This document shows positions 1 to 5,410 of a stretch of 5,410 bases of DNA, one piece after another. Origin of the DNA: a virus (Duplodnaviria; Heunggongvirae; Uroviricota; Caudoviricetes); the IMG/VR virus record IMGVR_UViG_2534681651_000009; one strand, written 5' to 3'. The position numbers were made by a program, and so were the translations under genes. The notes under the pieces were generated by a model. It had not been told where the DNA came from. It was given only the letters and a program-made list of their open reading frames with translations, and made no database searches. The first letter of the stretch is position 1. Each line of letters opens with the position of its first letter.

Positions 1-978
1 AGGTTACCTGGATTTTTCAAAGGCAAGATAACCGAATCCCATCTCGGCAAGGAGCTGCTGGAAAAAGTTGATCTGACGGAGGATAACGCCAGCAGACTGG
101 AGGAGTTTTCGAAAGAGTGGAAGGACGCTAACGATAAATGGAATGCCATGTGGGGCGTCAAAATTGAGCAGACCAAAGACGGCAGGCATTATGTCGCGGG
201 TATTGGCCTCAGCATGGAGGACACGGAGGAAGGCAAGCTGAGCCAGTTTCTGGTTGCCGCTAACCGTATCGCGTTTATTGACCCGGCAAACGGGAATGAA
301 ACGCCGATGTTTGTGGCGCAGGGCAACCAGATATTCATGAACGACGTGTTCCTGAAGCGCCTGACAGCCCCCACCATTACCAGCGGTGGCAGTCCTCCGG
401 TATTTTCCCTGACATCAGACGGAAAGCTGACCGCTAAAAATGCGGATATCAGTGGTAGTGTGAATGCGAACGCCGGGACGCTCAACAATGTCACGGTAAA
501 TGAAAACTGTACGATTAAGGGCATGCTGGAGGCGACTCAGGTCAGAGGTGACTTCGTTAAAGCTGTATCCAAATCATTTCCGAAACAGGCTGGTACGTGG
601 GGTAACACGGAAACACCAAACGGGACGGTTACAGTCACCATCAGCGATGATCATAACTTTGACCGTCAAATCATTATTCCGCCCATTATCTTTAACGGAA
701 TAGCGTATAGCGATCCGGGAAGTGGTAATAACCCGGGAGGTACAAGATACACGGGTTATGGTTTTGAAGTTCGCAAAAACGGTGTATTAATCGCATCCAG
801 AGAAACTAAAGGGGCCATTCCCGGTAGCTACAGTGCGGTTATTGATATGCCGAGTGGCAGGGGAAGCGTCACTCTGGAGTTTAAGGTTTTCCATAAAGGC
901 AATCAGTGGGCAGGTAATATCACCGACTGTACGGTGATTGTGACCAAAAAAGCCGCTTCCGGCATCAGTATTCGTTGA
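1..978 (+). CDS. J: Central tail fibre / host-specificity protein J, C-terminal ~326 codons (5'-partial; the ORF runs off the window start)
   Basis: Frame 1 is open from nt 1 with no stop until TGA at 976-978 (the ORF track lists only 148-978 from the first Met). Translation contains ...[45 protein letters not shown]..., which I recognise from memory as the C-terminal region of lambda gpJ. Sits directly upstream of lom, as in lambda. The last ~150 residues look divergent from my recollection of lambda J. Confidence 0.88.
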   Translation, partial: RLPGFFKGKITESHLGKELLEKVDLTEDNASRLEEFSKEWKDANDKWNAMWGVKIEQTKDGRHYVAGIGLSMEDTEEGKLSQFLVAANRIAFIDPANGNETPMFVAQGNQIFMNDVFLKRLTAPTITSGGSPPVFSLTSDGKLTAKNADISGSVNANAGTLNNVTVNENCTIKGMLEATQVRGDFVKAVSKSFPKQAGTWGNTETPNGTVTVTISDDHNFDRQIIIPPIIFNGIAYSDPGSGNNPGGTRYTGYGFEVRKNGVLIASRETKGAIPGSYSAVIDMPSGRGSVTLEFKVFHKGNQWAGNITDCTVIVTKKAASGISIR

Positions 979-998
979 AATTGTTATAACCCATATAA

Positions 999-1026
999 GG
1001 GCACCAGAAATGGTGCCTTTTTTATT
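999..1026 (+). terminator. Putative rho-independent terminator between J and lom
   Basis: Perfect 6-bp stem GGCACC (1000-1005) / GGTGCC (1012-1017) with a 6-nt loop, followed by TTTTTTATT (1018-1026). Located 21 nt after the J stop codon. Confidence 0.6.
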
Positions 1027-1047
1027 GCAGAAAAGCGAGAGGTAATT

Positions 1048-1647
1048 ATGCGTAAACTTTATGCCGCCATTTTGTCCGCAGCCATTTGTCTGGCCGTATC
1101 CGGTGCGCCTGCATGGGCATCTGAACATCAGTCCACGCTGAGCGCGGGGTATCTTCATGCCCGGACCAACGTTCCCGGCAGTGATGATCTGAACGGGATT
1201 AACGTGAAATACCGTTATGAGTTTACGGATACGCTGGGGCTGGTGACGTCATTCAGCTATGCAGGAGACAAGAATCGCCAGCTGACCCGTTACAGCGATA
1301 CCCGCTGGCATGAAGATTCCGTGCGTAACCGCTGGTTCAGCGTGATGGCGGGGCCGTCTGTGCGCGTGAATGAATGGTTCAGCGCGTATGCGATGGCGGG
1401 TATGGCTTACAGCCGTGTTTCGACTTTCTCCGGAGATTATATCCGCGTAACTGACAACAAGGGGAAAACGCACGATGTGCTGACCGGAAGTGATGACGGT
1501 CGCCACAGCGACACGTCTCTGGCATGGGGGGCTGGCGTGCAGTTTAACCCGACCGAATCCGTGGCCATTGATATTGCTTATGAAGGTTCCGGCAGTGGCG
1601 ACTGGCGCACTGACGGTTTCATCGTTGGTGTCGGTTATAAATTCTGA
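1048..1647 (+). CDS. lom: Outer membrane protein Lom (Ail/Lom/PagC family beta-barrel), 199 aa
   Basis: RBS GAGAGG at 1036-1041 precedes ATG 1048. N-terminal signal peptide MRKLYAAILSAAICLAVSGAPAWA with an AWA/S signal-peptidase I site. The remainder is a near-match to lambda Lom as I recall it, with alternating aromatic/hydrophobic beta-strand pattern and C-terminal ...GVGYKF. Position after J matches lambda. Confidence 0.93.
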   Translation: MRKLYAAILSAAICLAVSGAPAWASEHQSTLSAGYLHARTNVPGSDDLNGINVKYRYEFTDTLGLVTSFSYAGDKNRQLTRYSDTRWHEDSVRNRWFSVMAGPSVRVNEWFSAYAMAGMAYSRVSTFSGDYIRVTDNKGKTHDVLTGSDDGRHSDTSLAWGAGVQFNPTESVAIDIAYEGSGSGDWRTDGFIVGVGYKF

Positions 1648-1673
1648 TTAGCCAGGTAACACAGTGTTATGAC

Positions 1674-1700
1674 AGCCCGCCGGTTCAGGCGGGCTTTTTT
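1674..1700 (+). terminator. Putative rho-independent terminator downstream of lom
   Basis: GC-rich stem GCCCGCC (1675-1681) / GGCGGGC (1688-1694) with loop GGTTCA, followed by TTTTTT (1695-1700). Located 27 nt after the lom stop and about 12 nt before the stf start. Confidence 0.7.
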
Positions 1701-1711
1701 GTGGAGTGGAT

Positions 1712-4114
1712 ATGGCAGCAGTAAAAATCTCAGGTGTGCTGAAAGATGGTGCGGGAAAACCAATACAGAACTGCACTATTCAACTGAAGGCAAAGCGTAA
1801 CAGCACCACGGTACTGGTCAACACAGTGGCCTCTAAAAATCCGGATGAAGCCGGGCGTTACAGCATGGATGTTGAGTATGGCCAGTACAGCGTCACCCTG
1901 CTGGTTGAAGGTTTTCCGCCTTCACATGCCGGAACCATTACCGTCTATGAAGGTTCCAGACCAGGTACGCTGAATGATTTTCTCGGTGCCATGACGGAAG
2001 ATGATGTCATGCCGGAGGCATTGCGTCGTTTTGAGGAAATGGTGGAAGAAGCGGCACGCAACGCTGAAGCCGCCTCTCAGAGCGCAGCGGCGGCAAAGAA
2101 ATCCGAAACTGCAGCGGCATCATCGAAGAACGCGGCGAAAACCTCAGAAACGAATGCAGCTAACAGCGCACAGGCGGCAGCGGCCTCGCAGACTGCATCG
2201 GCAAACTCCGCAACAGCAGCTAAAAAATCAGAAACCAACGCGAAAAATAGCGAGACAGCCGCAACGACGAGCGAAACCAACGCAAAGTCCAGCCAGACGG
2301 CAGCGAAGACCAGCGAAACGAATGCTAAAGCCAGTGAAACTGCAGCAAAAAACAGCCAGGTTTCAGCAGCCCAAAGCGAGAGCGCGGCAGCCGGTTCTGC
2401 GACTTCAGCAGCCGGATCAGCAACTGCTGCGGCTAACAGCCAGAAAGCTGCGAAGACGAGTGAAACTAACGCAAAGTCCAGCCAGACGGCAGCGAAGACC
2501 AGCGAAACGAATGCCAAAGCCAGTGAAACTGTGGCGAAAAGCAGTCAGGATGCAGCGGCTCAAAGCGAGAGTGCCGCAGCCAGTTCTGCAAGCGCGGCGG
2601 CTGCTTCTGCCACTGCATCAGCTAACAGTCAAAAAGCAGCAAAAACCAGTGAAACCAACGCAAAGGTGAGCGAAACAGCGGCTACGAACTCAGCGAAAGC
2701 ATCGGCAGCAAGCCAGACGGCAGCTAAAGCAAGCGAAGATGCAGCCAGAGAGTACGCAAGCCAGGCTGCGGAGCCGTATAAATATGTCTTACAGCCGTTG
2801 CCTGATGTGTGGATACCGTTTAACGATTCACTGGATATGATTACCGGGTTTGCTCCTGGATATAAGAGAATCACAGTTGGTGACGATGTTATTGCATTGC
2901 CGTCTGAAAAGGTTGTTTCATTTACCAGGGCGTCAACTGCAACGTATATAGATAAGTCTGGGTGTTTTGCTGAATCAGCGATAAATGAACCACGTTTTGA
3001 AAAAGATGGTCTGCTCATTGAAGGTCAGAGAACGAATACTTTTTCTTATACGAATACACCAGTATCGTGGAACTATGACACTGCTAACTTAACTATTACC
3101 ACGGGAGTTGATGAGTATGGTTTCAGTTATGGTTTGTTTGGCGTTAAAGAAACATCCACAACTGAAAGGGCGACATTAATTTCTACTGGATATACCAGGG
3201 TTATTTCAGTTTCGGCAAATGAATCAGTTACTTTATCCTGCAGAGTTAAAAAAGTAAGTGGGGATGGTATTATCACGTTGCGTCCAAGAATATCATATGT
3301 TAACGACGATGGCTCAAGTAACACACTGACCGCTGGCGCATATATTGATTGCGAGACTGGCGATATGTTGAGTTATTCTGGAGGTGAGGCGGCAACTTAT
3401 AACATATTCAGAGAGTCTAATGGATGGATTCGTGTTGAGTTTACCTACAAATCACCAGAAGCAAAAAATATGTATGGGCGTTTTGAGTTTGGAGCACATC
3501 AACGATCAATCAAGTCTGGCGATAAATTAATGTTAACAACCCCTCAATTCGAAAAGGGACTAAACGCGTCATCTTTTATCATCACAACAGAGGTCGGTGC
3601 CACGAGAGCAAGTGACCAGGTAATCATACCTATACCTTTCAATTGGGCAACTCCACCAGTTAGTGTTCTCATGGAAGTTAATGTTAATTGGGATTCTGAA
3701 ATGCCTAATTTAGAAGGCTCTGCGCGTTTGCTTAATATCTCAATTACAGGGGCGACGACTGAAGTTTCTGATGAAAGTTATATGTATTTTGGTTTTACCA
3801 ATCGTGGTAAAAGGCTAATTATCACCAATGGCAAAGGAACAAAAACAGAATATAAAGCATATGGGAATAGAGAGAAAAGGAAATTTGTTACTGGCTTTAA
3901 GTTTACAGAAGATAAACAGTTGCAGGTTGTTGTTGATGGAATTTTAGGTGGCAGCTCCCCGTCTCTGCATACATTGCAACGTTATACTGCCGGTAATATT
4001 AATATCGGTGGACAATCATCCAGTGGCAACAGACACCTGTTCGGTCATGTGAAAAATTTACGCATTTGGCATAAAGAATTAACTGAGGCACAAATGGGGG
4101 AGAGTATTAAATGA
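1712..4114 (+). CDS. stf: Side tail fibre (Stf-like) protein, ~800 aa, mosaic: lambda-Stf-type N-terminus, repetitive Ala/Ser/Thr-rich shaft, and a divergent low-GC C-terminal putative receptor-binding region
   Basis: ORF track gives 1706-4114 from a GTG; I prefer ATG 1712 because GGAG at 1703-1706 sits 5 nt upstream and the product then starts MAAVKISGVLKDG..., matching lambda Stf (orf-401) as I recall it. The first ~110 aa resemble lambda Stf. The shaft carries repeated K-[TSK]-SETNAK motifs. From about aa 350 the sequence is unrelated to the Gly/His-rich lambda Stf C-terminus and ends ...HLFGHVKNLRIWHKELTEAQMGESIK, a motif reminiscent of the last strand of LamG/concanavalin-like jelly-roll domains. 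Stop TGA at 4112-4114. Confidence 0.85.
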   Translation: MAAVKISGVLKDGAGKPIQNCTIQLKAKRNSTTVLVNTVASKNPDEAGRYSMDVEYGQYSVTLLVEGFPPSHAGTITVYEGSRPGTLNDFLGAMTEDDVMPEALRRFEEMVEEAARNAEAASQSAAAAKKSETAAASSKNAAKTSETNAANSAQAAAASQTASANSATAAKKSETNAKNSETAATTSETNAKSSQTAAKTSETNAKASETAAKNSQVSAAQSESAAAGSATSAAGSATAAANSQKAAKTSETNAKSSQTAAKTSETNAKASETVAKSSQDAAAQSESAAASSASAAAASATASANSQKAAKTSETNAKVSETAATNSAKASAASQTAAKASEDAAREYASQAAEPYKYVLQPLPDVWIPFNDSLDMITGFAPGYKRITVGDDVIALPSEKVVSFTRASTATYIDKSGCFAESAINEPRFEKDGLLIEGQRTNTFSYTNTPVSWNYDTANLTITTGVDEYGFSYGLFGVKETSTTERATLISTGYTRVISVSANESVTLSCRVKKVSGDGIITLRPRISYVNDDGSSNTLTAGAYIDCETGDMLSYSGGEAATYNIFRESNGWIRVEFTYKSPEAKNMYGRFEFGAHQRSIKSGDKLMLTTPQFEKGLNASSFIITTEVGATRASDQVIIPIPFNWATPPVSVLMEVNVNWDSEMPNLEGSARLLNISITGATTEVSDESYMYFGFTNRGKRLIITNGKGTKTEYKAYGNREKRKFVTGFKFTEDKQLQVVVDGILGGSSPSLHTLQRYTAGNINIGGQSSSGNRHLFGHVKNLRIWHKELTEAQMGESIK
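2279..2656 (+). repeat. In-frame tandem duplication (2 x 189 bp, period 63 codons) inside the fibre shaft, embedded in a larger low-complexity region (~2050-2760)
   Basis: AACGCAAAGTCCAGCCAGACGGCAGCGAAGACCAGCGAAACGAATGC occurs at 2279 and again at 2468 with one mismatch; the rest of each unit is similar but diverged. Protein-level copies are TSETNAKSSQTAAKTSETNAKASETAAK... and ...ASETVAK... A third partial copy begins near 2657. Confidence 0.85.
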
Positions 4115-4392
4115 AAGATTTAACACTCAAATTTGCAGACAGGACCGACTTTTCGACCTTTATGGATAGCATTGGTTATGAAGATGACGAGGTAATGCAG
4201 AACAATGTTCTCATTGATGTGATAGGTAACGTGTACAAAGAAACCGGAGAACTGACTGAAGATGGCGAGCCGGTATGTGTTAAGGAAGACGGATATTTTG
4301 TAAACGTGCGCATCATTAATGATGCAAAAAAATCGTCAATATTCGATAAATACGCGGTTGTTGTTGAGCATCAACTTCGTGGCTGGATGTGA
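4111..4392 (+). CDS. Hypothetical small acidic protein (93 aa), start-stop overlapped with stf; possible fibre accessory or chaperone, or a moron
   Basis: ATG 4111-4113 overlaps the stf stop TGA 4112-4114 (ATGA overlap), implying translational coupling. Product has 19 Asp/Glu against about 11 Lys/Arg and no hydrophobic segment. Low GC, like the stf 3' region. I do not recognise the family. Confidence 0.6.
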   Translation: MKDLTLKFADRTDFSTFMDSIGYEDDEVMQNNVLIDVIGNVYKETGELTEDGEPVCVKEDGYFVNVRIINDAKKSSIFDKYAVVVEHQLRGWM

Positions 4393-4401
4393 GGTAGAGA
4401 A

Positions 4402-5106
4402 ATGGCTACATCGACAGTAATTCCAGGAGATATCACCAAGCTAAAGGGGGATGTCAGTAAAGCTAAGGAAGATATTTCATCAATTAGCGGAAAAGTATCA
4501 ACGCTTCAGACTGATATGGACAGTGCAAAGCAGGATATCAGTACCAGATACACAAAAACAGAAGTGGATAATAAGCTGAAAAACAAAGTGGAAGTGAACG
4601 ATCTGGAAAGCGGTCGTTATGGCGGAGATTTTTATCCACTGACAGGTCGTGAAGCGTTTTATTTATGGGGATTGGGCACAACTACAGCGGCGGCAAATCT
4701 TTATCTTAATCCTGACCCTGCAATTTCGTCTGTGCTGCGGTCAACATCGTCTATCCGCTATAAACATTCAGTAGAGACGATAGATTCAGAGCACGCCGAT
4801 CTCATTTTCAGGATGCGCCCTGTGTGGTACAGGTCGCAATGCGAAAATGACAGGCGTGACTGGGGATTCTATGGATTGATTGCCGAGGAAGTTGGAGAAA
4901 TTGCCCCTCAGTTTGTACACTGGCGACCAGCCAACGAAGATGATGCACCGGAAACCATTTCCAGCAATGGCCTTGTTGCCGAAGGTGTAATGTACGAACG
5001 TCTGGTTGTTCCACTGATTCACCATATCCAGAAGCTGACTGAAAGAGTTGATGAACTTGAGTCAGAATTAAAGTTGTTATCCGTTTCCCGAAGCGATATC
5101 GGATAA
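4402..5106 (+). CDS. Coiled-coil protein with a C-terminal peptidase-S74-like intramolecular chaperone domain (234 aa), free-standing rather than fused to a fibre
   Basis: GAGG at 4391-4394 sits 7 nt upstream of ATG 4402. The N-terminal ~70 aa are heptad-like (KLKGDVSKAKEDISSISGKVSTLQTDMDSAKQDIS). The C-terminal ~120 aa match the S74 chaperone-of-endosialidase pattern as I recall it: S116-S-I-R-Y-K121 (Ser/Lys dyad spacing), MRPVWY, GLIAEEVGEIAPQFV, and YERLVVPLIHHIQKLTERVDELESEL. Stop TAA at 5104-5106. Confidence 0.7.
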   Translation: MATSTVIPGDITKLKGDVSKAKEDISSISGKVSTLQTDMDSAKQDISTRYTKTEVDNKLKNKVEVNDLESGRYGGDFYPLTGREAFYLWGLGTTTAAANLYLNPDPAISSVLRSTSSIRYKHSVETIDSEHADLIFRMRPVWYRSQCENDRRDWGFYGLIAEEVGEIAPQFVHWRPANEDDAPETISSNGLVAEGVMYERLVVPLIHHIQKLTERVDELESELKLLSVSRSDIG

Positions 5107-5112
5107 AGGAGG
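5106..5112 (+). promoter_or_regulatory. Consensus Shine-Dalgarno (AAGGAGG) for the downstream membrane-protein ORF
   Basis: AAGGAGG at 5106-5112 overlaps the preceding stop codon and lies 4 nt upstream of ATG 5117. Confidence 0.7.
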
Positions 5113-5116
5113 CGTA

Positions 5117-5410
5117 ATGGATATAACACCTTTCCTTCATGCACTTTGTGCTGTGGCTGCGCAGGTACTGGTTGGTCTTTTTACCGGAAACTGGGCTTAC
5201 GGGGCGATAGCTGGTTGTACGTTCTTCATTGCGCGTGAACACACCCAGGCAGAATATCGCTGGATTGAAATGTTTGGGCATGGCAAGCGAATGAATATGC
5301 CGTGGTGGGGCGGTTTTGATCCGCGCGCTTGGGATGTGGCAAGCCTGATGGATTTTGCTGTGCCGGTGGTGGCGTGTCTGCTGGTCTGGCTGTTGGTTAA
5401 TCGTGGGTGA
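5117..5410 (+). CDS. Hypothetical small integral membrane protein (97 aa, about two predicted TM helices); possible moron such as a superinfection-exclusion or membrane-acting protein
   Basis: Consensus SD upstream. Hydrophobic stretches at about aa 6-38 (FLHALCAVAAQVLVGLFTGNWAYGAIAGCTFFIA) and 75-95 (VASLMDFAVPVVACLLVWLLV) flank a charged/aromatic loop (EHTQAEYRWIEMFGHGKRMNMPWWGGFDPRAW). GC content returns to roughly 50% or more. Stop TGA at 5408-5410. Family not recognised. Confidence 0.6.
   Translation: MDITPFLHALCAVAAQVLVGLFTGNWAYGAIAGCTFFIAREHTQAEYRWIEMFGHGKRMNMPWWGGFDPRAWDVASLMDFAVPVVACLLVWLLVNRG

Noticed and set aside
4-1506. Antisense ORFs 4-189, 189-524, 787-1158 and 1249-1506 on the - strand
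   Set aside because: All are embedded in and antisense to the strongly supported J and lom genes. None has a convincing RBS or recognisable features, and 787-1158 would run across the J-lom terminator.
1706-1711. GTG at 1706 as the stf start, as given by the ORF track
   Set aside because: ATG 1712 has better-spaced GGAG and gives an N-terminus matching lambda Stf. GTG 1706 would place the start only ~5 nt after the terminator T-tract with no SD.
2001-2669. 222-aa + strand ORF in an alternative frame (Arg/Gln/Pro-rich, highly basic) inside stf
   Set aside because: It lies wholly within the repetitive GC-rich shaft of stf in another frame. The stop-free frame is a by-product of the GCN/AGC-rich repeats. 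The product is low-complexity and there is no RBS.
2077-3018. Two antisense ORFs (2077-2517, 146 aa; 2629-3018, 129 aa) with Ala/Leu/Phe-rich, membrane-like products
   Set aside because: They are the reverse complement of the Ala/Ser-rich repeat region; hydrophobic antisense translations are expected from such sequence. They are fully embedded in a well-supported gene.
3127-3324. Antisense ORF 3127-3324 (65 aa) on the - strand
   Set aside because: It is short and embedded antisense in the stf C-terminal coding region, with no supporting signals.
5117-5170. Possible lipoprotein (Cor-like) signal in the membrane ORF, from the LHALC motif
   Set aside because: There is no positively charged n-region, and the residue before Cys is Leu rather than Gly/Ala/Ser, so it does not fit a lipobox. 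An ordinary TM helix is more likely.
4786-5281. Antisense ORFs 4786-5025 (79 aa) and 4808-5281 (157 aa) opposite the S74 protein and membrane-protein genes
   Set aside because: They overlap two well-supported + strand genes and cross the consensus-SD junction. The product is Cys/His/Arg-rich with no recognisable features. Rejected with moderate confidence only; strand-specific RNA-seq would settle it.
2790-5410. Possible invertible host-range segment (Gin/Cin/Pin-type) with an alternative fibre tip on the opposite strand
   Set aside because: There is no oppositely oriented fibre-tip ORF, no invertase gene in the window, and I found no inverted crossover-site repeats flanking the region. All genes are co-directional.
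1-5410. CRISPR arrays, tRNA or rRNA genes, IS elements or integrase
   Set aside because: There are no short direct repeats with unique spacers, no cloverleaf-like candidates, and no transposase- or integrase-like ORFs. The window is wholly a phage tail-module coding region.

Overview
This window reads as the distal end of a lambda-like (lambdoid) phage or prophage late tail operon from an enterobacterial host, most likely E. coli. All six genes are on the + strand and tightly packed: the 3' end of the central tail fibre gene J, the outer-membrane moron lom bracketed by two hairpin terminators, a long mosaic side-tail-fibre (Stf-like) gene, and then three unassigned ORFs where a canonical tfa would be expected. 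The Stf-like gene has a lambda-type N-terminus, an Ala/Ser/Thr-rich repetitive shaft with a 189-bp tandem duplication, and a low-GC C-terminal module unlike lambda's. The most interesting candidate is the downstream cassette: a 93-aa acidic protein start/stop-overlapped with stf, a 234-aa protein made of a coiled-coil plus a free-standing S74-type intramolecular-chaperone domain, and a small membrane protein with a consensus Shine-Dalgarno. No tRNA, rRNA, CRISPR array, transposase or integrase is visible. Family assignments rest on reading the translations and on recalled family features; no database search was run.
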